Assembly: GCA_902591565.1 (NCBI GenBank)
Contig: CACJBC010000002.1
Span: forward strand, 12,114 to 76,113
From: an uncultured SAR86 cluster bacterium
Lineage (GTDB): Bacteria > Pseudomonadota > Gammaproteobacteria > Magnimaribacterales > D2472
Direction: 5' to 3'
Length of the DNA: 64,000 bases
Shown here: positions 49,127 through 57,363 of the stretch, in pieces
Numbering within the stretch: the first letter of the stretch is position 1
Layout: the number at the start of each line of letters is the position of its first letter
Program-made: the position numbers and the translations under genes
The notes under the pieces: model-generated
Database searches by the model: none
What the model saw: the letters and a program-made list of their open reading frames with translations, nothing else
What the model was told of the DNA's origin: nothing

Positions 49127-49978
49127 ATGCAATTCAAAGGAACTAAAAATTATATTGCTACAGAAGATTTAAGTATGGCTGTCAATGCATCAATGGCACT
49201 TGAAAGACCTCTATTAATTAAAGGCGAGCCAGGCACAGGCAAAACTCTACTTGCTGTTGAAGTTGCTAAAGCTTTAAACATGGAACTTATAGAATGGCAT
49301 ATTAAATCTACTACAAAAGCATCTCAGGGTTTGTATGAGTATGATGCTGTTACTAGACTTAGAGACTCCCAGCTTGGCGATGAAAGAGTGAAAGATATAA
49401 GTAACTACATTAAAAAAGGTAAATTATGGGAAGCATTTACCTCAGAAAAACAGGTTGTATTATTAATTGATGAAATTGATAAAGCTGATATTGAATTTCC
49501 AAATGACTTACTGCAAGAAATAGATAGAATGGAATTTTTTTGTTATGAAACAGGGGAGACTATAAAAGCTAAACATAGGCCCTTAATTGTGATGACTTCC
49601 AATAATGAAAAAGAACTTCCAGACGCTTTTTTAAGACGATGCTTCTTTCATTATATTCAGTTTCCCGACAGAGAAACAATGAATAAGATTGTTTCAGTGC
49701 ATTATCCAAAAATTAAAAAGAAACTTGTAAATGAAGCATTAGAAATATTTTTTGATTTAAGGAAAATACCTGGCCTTAAGAAAAAACCTTCTACATCTGA
49801 ACTAATTGATTGGTTGAAGCTTTTATTATCAGATGATATGCCAGATGAAATCTTAAAAAATGCTGATTCTTCCAAGGCTATTCCCCCACTATATGGTGCT
49901 TTACTTAAAAATGAACAAGATGTTCAGCTTTTGGAGCGTCTTGCCTTCATGTCACGAAGAGAATCTGCAAGTAAATAA
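49127..49978 (+). CDS. MoxR-type AAA+ ATPase
   Basis: Walker A GEPGTGKT, Walker B LLIDEIDKAD and sensor region LPDAFLRRC. GAAGGA SD. Confidence 0.85.
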   Translation: MQFKGTKNYIATEDLSMAVNASMALERPLLIKGEPGTGKTLLAVEVAKALNMELIEWHIKSTTKASQGLYEYDAVTRLRDSQLGDERVKDISNYIKKGKLWEAFTSEKQVVLLIDEIDKADIEFPNDLLQEIDRMEFFCYETGETIKAKHRPLIVMTSNNEKELPDAFLRRCFFHYIQFPDRETMNKIVSVHYPKIKKKLVNEALEIFFDLRKIPGLKKKPSTSELIDWLKLLLSDDMPDEILKNADSSKAIPPLYGALLKNEQDVQLLERLAFMSRRESASK

Positions 49979-51154
49979 ATGCTAATTAATCTTTTTCAAA
50001 CTGTAAGATCCTCTGGAGTACCATGTACATTGAGAGAGTTACTTGATTTGTTAGAGGCTTTAGAAAATCAATTGGTGTATGCAAATATTGATGATTTTTA
50101 TTATTTATCTAGGGCAATTTTAGTAAAAGATGAAAAACACTATGATAAATTTGATAAAGCCTTTGATATATACTTTAAGGGAATCGAAAAGCTTGAAGAT
50201 GTGTTCCAAGCATTAATTCCTGAAGATTGGTTAAGAAAGGCTTTTGAAAAAGAATTAGATCCAGAAGAGCTTAAAAAAATTAAATCACTTGGAGGTCTTG
50301 ATAAACTTCTTGAAGAGTTCAAAAAAAGGCTTGAAGAACAAAAAGAAAGACATGAAGGCGGTAATAAGTGGGTAGGTACAAATGGTACTTCTCCATTTGG
50401 TCATGGCGGTCAAAACCCTGAAGGAATTAGAGTTGGAGGAGAGGGTGGCCAAAAAAGTGCAGTCAAAGTATGGGAGCAAAGACAATATAGTAATTTAGAT
50501 GATTCTATAATTATTGGTATAAGAGATATTAAAATGGCTCTTAGAAGACTTCGAAAATTTGCTCGCCAAGGTAATGATCTAGAATTAGATATGGACGGCA
50601 CTATCAAATCTACAGCTAAAAACGCAGGATATTTAGATATTCACATGGTCCCAGAAAGATCAAATACTGTAAAAGTCATTGTACTCTTTGATGTAGGTGG
50701 TTCAATGGATCCATATATAAAGTTATGTGAAGAGTTATTCTCTGCGATTAAAACAGAGTTCAAACATTTAGAATATTATTATTTTCATAATTGTATTTAT
50801 GAATCGGTATGGAAAGATAATTTAAGACGATCTCAAGAACGATTCTTGGTACAAGATATGATAAATAAATACTCATCAGATTATAAAGTTATTGTTGTGG
50901 GAGATGCCACAATGGCACCATATGAAATAACAAATCCTGGTGGAAGTATTGAGCATTGGAATGAAGAGGCCGGCCATGTATGGATTAAAAGATTATCCGA
51001 TCATTTTAGTAATATTGCTTGGCTCAATCCTGTTCCAGATGATCATTGGGACTATACATCATCGGTATGTATTTTAAGAGATTTATTTGATAACAGAATG
51101 TATCCTTTAACACTGAAGGGTTTAGAGGAAGGAATGGCTGAATTATCAAAATGA
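49979..51154 (+). CDS. VWA-domain protein (CoxE-like partner of MoxR)
   Basis: The start abuts the MoxR stop (TAAATG). The C-terminal VWA fold has a MIDAS-like VLFDVGGSMD. The N-terminal helical region and GG-rich linker are as in CoxE-type proteins. Confidence 0.75.
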   Translation: MLINLFQTVRSSGVPCTLRELLDLLEALENQLVYANIDDFYYLSRAILVKDEKHYDKFDKAFDIYFKGIEKLEDVFQALIPEDWLRKAFEKELDPEELKKIKSLGGLDKLLEEFKKRLEEQKERHEGGNKWVGTNGTSPFGHGGQNPEGIRVGGEGGQKSAVKVWEQRQYSNLDDSIIIGIRDIKMALRRLRKFARQGNDLELDMDGTIKSTAKNAGYLDIHMVPERSNTVKVIVLFDVGGSMDPYIKLCEELFSAIKTEFKHLEYYYFHNCIYESVWKDNLRRSQERFLVQDMINKYSSDYKVIVVGDATMAPYEITNPGGSIEHWNEEAGHVWIKRLSDHFSNIAWLNPVPDDHWDYTSSVCILRDLFDNRMYPLTLKGLEEGMAELSK

Positions 51155-52506
51155 TAAGGGGAAATAATATGAATAATAACGGTATAAAATGGGGTCCATT
51201 TAGATTAAGGATTCCATTTATTCACACAAAATTACTAACAGCAGAATTTCTTCAGGGCATGGTTATATCCGGTGCAACTGCTCTTGCAGCAGCTCCTGTT
51301 GGAATGGCTTTAGGTCTATCATTAAATGAAGCAATTGCCGCATGTTTTGTTGCAAGTGTTTTAATTACTTCAAGTCCAATTATTTTTGGAGAACCAATGG
51401 CCGCTGGATGGATAACTCCCGCTTTGCCATTAGTAATAGGTTTTTTTATCGCGAAAGGAATGTTTGATGGTGTTTACAGAATTGAAACATTCCACTACAT
51501 GTCAGCAATGGCAATTGAGTTTACTCTTCTTGTTTTAATTTTAGGTTTAACTGGTATTGGTAAATTAATTGTAGAAAAAGTTCCAAATGGTCTTAAATCA
51601 GGAATTATTCTAGGAGCTGCTTTAGCTGCTTTTTATCAAATATTCTTTAGTGATTATGAACGTTATATTGGTAATGCTCCCGTATCTATGATTTCTGCTT
51701 TATTAATTTGCACTATTACAACTTTTTCAGAACCTTTTAAAAGGTTAGCTCAAAATAACAAAATTCTTGCTCTTATTGGATCTTTGGGTTTGTTACCAGG
51801 ATTTATTGTTGCCGCAATTGTTGGTTATTTTACTGGAGAAATTAGCTGGAATATAGAATGGGGTTTAGCTGCTCCAGCAGTAGGTGATGTTTATACTCAA
51901 ACTTCTCCATTATCTATTGGCTTTCCTCCGGCAGATATGTATTTAGAAGTTCTTCCGCTTGTAATAATTGGATATCTATTATTATTTGGTGATTTTGTAA
52001 CAGGTATAGAAGTTATAAAGGAAGGTCAGGAAAGTAGACCTGATGAAATAATAGATATTGATATAAATAGATCACATAATAGTGTCGGAATTAGAAATGC
52101 ACTTGGAGCTATTATTAATCCATTTTTTCCTACTCAAGGAGCTTTATGGACTGGTGTTCACGTTGTTGTTGTTGAAAGATGGAAACAGGGTAGAGAAGCT
52201 ATGGGTTCATTGTTTGATGGTATTCATTCTTATTATTTAATGGGAATACCTTTTTTATTTTTTGTAGTTCCATTTATTGATGTAATGGAGCCTTTAATGA
52301 TTGTTGCTTTAGGAGTAACTCTTATTTTAACAGGACTTGCATGTTCATATATTGCAATGTCACTTGCTACTAAAAACTCAGAAAAGGCAGTATCTTTAAT
52401 TACTGCTGTATTAATAGCTTTTGGTGGAGAGTACATGTGGTTAGGAATATTAATTGGACTAATTTTAAGTTATGCGCTAGTTGACAATAATATAGAAAAT
52501 GGCTGA
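51151..52506 (+). CDS. polytopic membrane permease of unknown specificity
   Basis: About 12 predicted TM segments. ATGA overlap with the VWA gene (alternative ATG 51169). Family not securely recognised (NCS2/AzgA-like impression only). Confidence 0.65.
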   Translation: MIRGNNMNNNGIKWGPFRLRIPFIHTKLLTAEFLQGMVISGATALAAAPVGMALGLSLNEAIAACFVASVLITSSPIIFGEPMAAGWITPALPLVIGFFIAKGMFDGVYRIETFHYMSAMAIEFTLLVLILGLTGIGKLIVEKVPNGLKSGIILGAALAAFYQIFFSDYERYIGNAPVSMISALLICTITTFSEPFKRLAQNNKILALIGSLGLLPGFIVAAIVGYFTGEISWNIEWGLAAPAVGDVYTQTSPLSIGFPPADMYLEVLPLVIIGYLLLFGDFVTGIEVIKEGQESRPDEIIDIDINRSHNSVGIRNALGAIINPFFPTQGALWTGVHVVVVERWKQGREAMGSLFDGIHSYYLMGIPFLFFVVPFIDVMEPLMIVALGVTLILTGLACSYIAMSLATKNSEKAVSLITAVLIAFGGEYMWLGILIGLILSYALVDNNIENG

Positions 52507-53422
52507 ATTCGCACTGGAGATCAATAATTTACAAAAAGTATACGATAACAATGTCGTTGCTTTAAAGGGTATTGATCTTAAAGTAAAAAAAGGTGATTTT
52601 TATGCTTTACTTGGTCCTAATGGCGCTGGTAAGTCATCAACAATTGGAATTATAGGATCACTTGTAACTAAAAGTGGTGGCACGGTTTCAGTTTTTGGCA
52701 ATGATATAAATAAAGATTTAAATAAAGCAAAATCATTGCTAGGTGTTGTTTCACAAGAGATTAATTTTTCACAGTTTGAAAAGGTTTTAGATATTGTTGT
52801 TACTCAGGCTGGTTTTTATGGAATTCCAAAATCTATAGCAATGCCAAAAGTTGAAAGTATTCTTAAAAGATTGAGCTTATGGGATAAAAGAAATGTTCAA
52901 GCAAGAACTTTATCGGGGGGATATAAGAGAAGGTTGATGATAGCAAAAGCAATAATTCATGAACCAAAATTATTAATCTTAGATGAACCTACTGCAGGGG
53001 TTGATATCGAACTAAGAAGAGAAATGTGGTCTTTTCTAAAAGAAATAAATAAAAATGGCACTACTATTATTTTGACTACTCATTATCTTGAAGAGGCAGA
53101 GCAATTATGTAGAAATATTGGTATTATCGATCAAGGCTCTATTGTTGCAAACACAAGTATGAAAGATCTTTTAGGGACACTTAATGTTCAAGGATTTGTT
53201 TTTGATCTTCATCAACCTCTAGAGAAAGCCCCAACAATTGAAGGCTTTCCATTAAAACTAGAAGACCCATTAACACTAATTGCAGCAGTTAATAAGGATA
53301 GATCAATTAATGCGCTTTTTTCTGAGCTAACAAAATTAAATATAAAAATTAAATCAATGAGAAATGAATCAAATAGACTTGAGGAGTTATTTATTGAGAT
53401 GGTCAATTCTAATGAAAAATAA
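52499..53422 (+). CDS. ABC-2 type transporter ATP-binding protein (YadG-like)
   Basis: Walker A GPNGAGKSS, signature LSGGYKRR and Walker B LILDEPT. Overlaps the upstream permease by 8 nt. Confidence 0.9.
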   Translation: MAEFALEINNLQKVYDNNVVALKGIDLKVKKGDFYALLGPNGAGKSSTIGIIGSLVTKSGGTVSVFGNDINKDLNKAKSLLGVVSQEINFSQFEKVLDIVVTQAGFYGIPKSIAMPKVESILKRLSLWDKRNVQARTLSGGYKRRLMIAKAIIHEPKLLILDEPTAGVDIELRREMWSFLKEINKNGTTIILTTHYLEEAEQLCRNIGIIDQGSIVANTSMKDLLGTLNVQGFVFDLHQPLEKAPTIEGFPLKLEDPLTLIAAVNKDRSINALFSELTKLNIKIKSMRNESNRLEELFIEMVNSNEK

Positions 53423-54191
53423 TTTTAGTGTCGCTATATCACTTTGGACTTTGACCGTAAAAGAAGTAAGACGATTTCTAAGGATATGGGTTCAAACACT
53501 TGTTCCTCCTGCAGTAACAATGTCATTATATTTTGTTATTTTTGGCTCATTGATTGGCCCTAGAATTGGCTCTATGGATGGTTTTGATTACATCCAGTAC
53601 ATGATTCCTGGATTAATTATGTTATCAGTTATCACTAATTCTTATAACAATGTAGTTTCGTCTTTTTATTCAGTTAAGTTTCAAAAATCTATTGAAGAGC
53701 TTTTAATCTCACCAATGCCTAATTGGACTATTCTCCTAGGATTTGTTCTTGGGGGAGTGTGTAGGGGTGTGTTAATTGGAATAATTGTATTTGGTGTAAG
53801 TTTGCTATTTTATCCAGATTTCACTGTTGCAAACCCTTTACTTACAGTAACAGTGTTATTTTTAACTTCAATATTATTTTCATTAATGGGGTTTATCAAT
53901 GCAGTCTTTGCTGATAGCTTTGATGATATTTCCATTATTCCTACTTTTATACTTACTCCTCTAATCTATTTAGGAGGAGTTTTTTATTCAATTAATATCC
54001 TTCCTGAGACCTGGAGATCGATTTCAATGGCAAACCCAATGTTATATGTTGTTAATACTTTTAGAGAGGGTATGTTAGGGGTAAGTGATGTATCAATATC
54101 ATTTTCTCTTGGCATGATTATTGCCTTTATTTTAATACTGACATCATCATGTCTTTATCTATTAAAGAAAGGAACAGGAATAAGACAGTGA
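53412..54191 (+). CDS. ABC-2 type transporter permease (YadH-like)
   Basis: Six TM segments. ATG 53412 (MKNNFSVAISLWTL) overlaps the ATPase stop by 11 nt. The longer ORF from 53364 is less likely. Confidence 0.8.
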   Translation: MKNNFSVAISLWTLTVKEVRRFLRIWVQTLVPPAVTMSLYFVIFGSLIGPRIGSMDGFDYIQYMIPGLIMLSVITNSYNNVVSSFYSVKFQKSIEELLISPMPNWTILLGFVLGGVCRGVLIGIIVFGVSLLFYPDFTVANPLLTVTVLFLTSILFSLMGFINAVFADSFDDISIIPTFILTPLIYLGGVFYSINILPETWRSISMANPMLYVVNTFREGMLGVSDVSISFSLGMIIAFILILTSSCLYLLKKGTGIRQ

Positions 54192-54907
54192 AAACTAAAC
54201 ATCTCGGAAAAAATAATAACAAACCGCTCTCTGGCTATAAAATTCTTGATCCAATATTGAGAAATATCAATGGTCTGAGTTATGGACATGATATTTGGAA
54301 TGCATATGAATTTAGTTACTTAGACTCAAGTAAACAACCAACCTTAAAAGTCTTAGAAATAAAAATACCAGCCTCATCTAAGTATATTGTTGAATCAAAG
54401 TCACTAAAACTTTATTTAAATTCATTTTATAAAAAAACTTTTATAAATGAAAAAGATGTTCTTTTGAGGATAAAAAAAGATCTTACAAAAATTACAAAAA
54501 CTGATATTGAAATTAGGTTTGTAAATAAATTTCCTATAGAGCCTAAATCCTTAAATTTAAACACAACATCAAGAAAATTTACTAAGCCAAATTATCCTAT
54601 TTGCTTTGATGGTTTTAGGTCTATTTGCCCTGTAACGTCACAGCCTGATTTTGCAAAAATTTATATTCTTTCATCGACTAAAATTGAAACTAAATGGCTT
54701 AGAAAATTTTTAATTTCCTTTAAAGAGAGTGGTGAATTTCACGAGCAATGTATTGAAGATATATTTTCAAAGTTACAAAATAAATATCCATATGCAAATT
54801 TTGAAGTATGTGGCAGGTTTTTAAGAAGAGGTGGAATCGATATTAATCCAATTAGATCTTCTAAAAAATCACTTTTCTTTAAAAATTTTAGAGCATTCAA
54901 TCAATAA
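54149..54907 (+). CDS. queF: NADPH-dependent 7-cyano-7-deazaguanine reductase (two-domain, type II QueF)
   Basis: ESKSLKLYLNSF QueF motif, catalytic Cys in SICPVTSQPDFA, and EFHEQC...RRGGIDINP. Collinear with E. coli QueF. The start is uncertain: ATG 54149, or GTG 54188 overlapping the yadH-like stop as GTGA. Confidence 0.85.
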   Translation: MSLSIKERNRNKTVKTKHLGKNNNKPLSGYKILDPILRNINGLSYGHDIWNAYEFSYLDSSKQPTLKVLEIKIPASSKYIVESKSLKLYLNSFYKKTFINEKDVLLRIKKDLTKITKTDIEIRFVNKFPIEPKSLNLNTTSRKFTKPNYPICFDGFRSICPVTSQPDFAKIYILSSTKIETKWLRKFLISFKESGEFHEQCIEDIFSKLQNKYPYANFEVCGRFLRRGGIDINPIRSSKKSLFFKNFRAFNQ

Positions 54908-54942
54908 TAAAACTCCTTAAACTGTTGTAGAATGCTTCATCC

Positions 54943-55032
54943 GGAGAGATGGCAGAGTGGTCGATTGCGCTACCTTGGAAAGGTAGTAACTGGGTAACTG
55001 GTTCCGGGGTTCGAATCCCCGTCTCTCCGCCA
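54943..55032 (+). tRNA. tRNA-Ser (anticodon GGA)
   Basis: 90 nt, GGAGAGATGGCAGAGTGGTCGATTGCG..., anticodon stem CTACC/GGTAG, loop TTGGAAA. Long variable arm, T arm GGTTCGAATCC and encoded CCA. Confidence 0.93.
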
Positions 55033-55071
55033 GTCTTTTATCATTATAAACTAAGTGTTAAAATAACACTT

Positions 55072-55365
55072 ATGACTTCTAAATATATTCAGCAATTATC
55101 AAATATTCTTAAAATGCTTGAGAATATAGATCATGATTTAAATCTTGTTGGTTACAATGAGACTGAAAAAAAGATTTTTTATACAATTGCTAACAATATT
55201 CACACAAATAAAAAATGCAATATTACCAATGTAATAGAATCATCAGGTTTCTCTAGGTCCACTGTCTATAAGGCAATTAAACAATTTGAAAAGCAGGGAC
55301 TAGTTACTCTTATACAATCAAAGGATGATAAAAGAGAAGTATATTTAGATTTAGTGATAGCTTAA
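55072..55365 (+). CDS. small winged-helix (MarR/ArsR-like) DNA-binding protein
   Basis: 97 aa from the internal ATG; the ORF from 54949 runs through the tRNA-Ser gene. ITNVIESSGFSRSTVYKAIKQFEKQGLV...DDKREVYL looks like an HTH plus wing. Confidence 0.5.
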   Translation: MTSKYIQQLSNILKMLENIDHDLNLVGYNETEKKIFYTIANNIHTNKKCNITNVIESSGFSRSTVYKAIKQFEKQGLVTLIQSKDDKREVYLDLVIA

Positions 55366-55382
55366 CCTCTAATTTAAGTTAT

Positions 55383-55961
55383 ATGAAATACTTTATTCAA
55401 GTTACTCTTACAACATACATTGCTGCGCTTCTTGTTTATGCCTTATGGTCGTATATTACTTTTTCTGGTCCTAACCAGGGTTGGGTTGGTAGCTTAGTAT
55501 ATTTACCTCATGGCCCTCGTGTAATTCTTTATTGTTTTTTTGGTATTAGAAGTTTGCCGGCTTTATTTTTAGCTGAAACTACTGGTCCGGCACTAGTTTA
55601 TGGAGATCAATATCCTGATTATTGGGCAATTGCAAATATTTCCTCATTATTGTCAGTAGTTCTTGCTGTTGAAATTATTAAATGGAGCAGAGTTACAACT
55701 TTCAATTACTCCATAATGAAGAAAATAAATTTTTCAAATTATAAATTTCTTATCCTAGTGATTATTCTTTCCGCTTTATTTAATTCAATTTTTACGAATT
55801 TAATAGTTGGTCTTTTCAATAGTGATATGCAAATCAATGTAATAGTTGTTTTTAGATTTTTTATTGGAGATATAGCAGGAGCATTTATTTTCTTAATATA
55901 TTTAATGATAATGTTCCAATTACTCAGCAAGAGAAGGCTTTATAAGGTTTTCAAGGATTAA
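55383..55961 (+). CDS. hypothetical integral membrane protein (about 5 TM)
   Basis: 192 aa and hydrophobic throughout. The LVYLPHGPRVILYCFFG segment is reminiscent of sensor-type membrane modules. No family assigned. Confidence 0.55.
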   Translation: MKYFIQVTLTTYIAALLVYALWSYITFSGPNQGWVGSLVYLPHGPRVILYCFFGIRSLPALFLAETTGPALVYGDQYPDYWAIANISSLLSVVLAVEIIKWSRVTTFNYSIMKKINFSNYKFLILVIILSALFNSIFTNLIVGLFNSDMQINVIVVFRFFIGDIAGAFIFLIYLMIMFQLLSKRRLYKVFKD

Positions 55962-55967
55962 CTTGAA

Positions 55968-55987
55968 TACTGTATAAATATACAGTA
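55968..55987. promoter_or_regulatory. LexA (SOS) box, gammaproteobacterial type
   Basis: TACTGTATAAATATACAGTA has one mismatch to TACTG(TA)5CAGTA, with both CTGT and ACAG arms intact. It fills the 17-nt spacer between TTGAAT (55963-55968) and TATAGT (55986-55991). Confidence 0.7.
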
Positions 55988-55997
55988 TAGTTTTCAT

Positions 55998-56207
55998 ATG
56001 AATATCAATCAAGTATATAAAAATAATTCAATTATTGAACAATATTTATCTTCTAATGATAAAACTGCTTCAAAAAAAACGTTAGCTTTTCAATATTTTA
56101 ATAATGATTTGAAGGCTTTTGATGAATACATTAAGAATAACTTGTATTCTAATAATCCATCTTTAAATATTAAATTACCTAAAGCGCAATTGGAATTTAG
56201 CTTTTAA
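55998..56207 (+). CDS. hypothetical 69-aa protein downstream of the LexA box (coding status uncertain)
   Basis: It is the only ORF positioned to be driven by the SOS promoter. The Asn/Lys-rich composition could also arise from AT-rich non-coding DNA. No SD. Confidence 0.35.
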   Translation: MNINQVYKNNSIIEQYLSSNDKTASKKTLAFQYFNNDLKAFDEYIKNNLYSNNPSLNIKLPKAQLEFSF

Positions 56208-56445
56208 ATAAATTTTATTATAAAAAATCTTTATTTAAGATACATACTGTATATAATTTAATTGGGTGTCTTGTTTATTAGTTTTTTAAGGGGACTGGTA
56301 AACATTTTATTATTACCCTGAACATGGAGGTGGTCCTATTAGTATTTATTTAATAACAGGAAACGGAGGATCTGCCTTTTGACACGGGGTAGATATTAAG
56401 TTTTCGACTAGTTTTTGTTGCTTATGCAATTAAACTAGATTTTCT

Positions 56446-56473
56446 AACCCCCAAGTTTACTTGGGGGTTTTTT
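56446..56473 (+). terminator. rho-independent terminator
   Basis: AACCCCCAAG-ttta-CTTGGGGGTT followed by a T-run, 7 nt before the EamA ATG. Confidence 0.8.
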
Positions 56474-56479
56474 GTATAT

Positions 56480-57361
56480 ATGGAATTTAGATATTGGATC
56501 TTATTAACTGTTCTTGGTGCTCTTTGGGGAAGCGCTTTTATGTTTATAAAGGTTGCTACTCCTGAGTTTGGTCCAATCGCTCTTGTCAACACAAGGTTAA
56601 TAGTAGCTTCTTTTATATTCTTACCAATTCTTTTACAGAAAAAATATATTCATTTATTGAAACCTATATGGAAACAGGTTTTAGTTTTAGCAATTTTAAA
56701 TAATGCTATTCCATTTACTTTATTCTCTTTCGCTAGTTTTGGAGCTGATTCAAATATATTAGCAATTTTAAATGCAACTACAGCATTTAACACAATGATT
56801 ATTGCTTATATATGGATAGGTGAAAATGTAAGCGTAAAACAACTATTTGGTCTTTTATTGGGTTTTATAGGAATATTTATTCTAGTTAATCCACAAAACT
56901 CAGAAACTACATTAATTTCAAGTATGTCAGCTTTGTTAGCATCTTTCTTTTATTCTTACTCAACAGTTTATATTCAAAGGCAATCGGTAAATGCAAATAA
57001 AATGGTGCTAATCGGATGGTCGATAATCTTTAGTGCAATTATTATGTTGCCGATTACTTTTTTCTATCTTCCAGAAAATATTCCATCAGTCTCAGCTATA
57101 GGTTCTGCAATTTGGTTGGGAGCAATATCGACTGGTCTCGGATTTCTTGGTTATGTGAGATTGATAGATAAAATTGGAGCAGTAAAAACATCAACTGTTG
57201 CTTATTTTTTACCTGTTTTTGGAATAATTTGGGGAGCAATATTTTTGGACGAAATTATTTCATCAACAATTATTATTGGATGTTTAATTGTTTTGATAGG
57301 TATTTATTTTGCTAATTCAAATAATAGAGGTTATGTTAATTCAGTTAATACTAAAGCTTAG
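56480..57361 (+). CDS. EamA/DMT-family transporter
   Basis: 293 aa with 10 TM segments arranged as two EamA repeats. Confidence 0.85.
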   Translation: MEFRYWILLTVLGALWGSAFMFIKVATPEFGPIALVNTRLIVASFIFLPILLQKKYIHLLKPIWKQVLVLAILNNAIPFTLFSFASFGADSNILAILNATTAFNTMIIAYIWIGENVSVKQLFGLLLGFIGIFILVNPQNSETTLISSMSALLASFFYSYSTVYIQRQSVNANKMVLIGWSIIFSAIIMLPITFFYLPENIPSVSAIGSAIWLGAISTGLGFLGYVRLIDKIGAVKTSTVAYFLPVFGIIWGAIFLDEIISSTIIIGCLIVLIGIYFANSNNRGYVNSVNTKA

Positions 57362-57363
57362 TT

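Noticed and set aside
54949-55071. ORF start MAEWSIALPWKGSNW...
   Set aside because: These codons are the tRNA-Ser gene read as protein. The plausible CDS begins at ATG 55072.
56245-56264. Second LexA-like site TACTGTATATAATTTAATTG
   Set aside because: Only the left half (TACTGTATATA) matches. The right arm is AATTG instead of CAGTA, so it lacks the ACAG needed for dimer binding. It more likely serves only as a TATAAT -10 element.
56262-56321. 19-codon hydrophobic mini-ORF (TTG) LGVLFISFLRGLVNILLLP, reminiscent of type I toxins such as TisB
   Set aside because: It has a non-ATG start, no SD, no antisense RNA partner that I can identify, and is very short. An AT-rich spacer can give hydrophobic (Leu/Phe/Ile) frames by chance. 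It is mentioned only as an alternative reading of the leader region.
56270-56445. Attempt to name the structured region as SRP (4.5S) RNA, 6S RNA, tmRNA or a specific riboswitch (guanidine-I/II, Mn yybP-ykoY, ZTP, TPP, glycine, fluoride)
   Set aside because: Only short partial motif matches were found. It lacks the SRP GGAA-tetraloop/AGCA helix 8 core, a tRNA-like end and the full conserved cores of the listed aptamers. It is left unnamed pending a covariance-model search.
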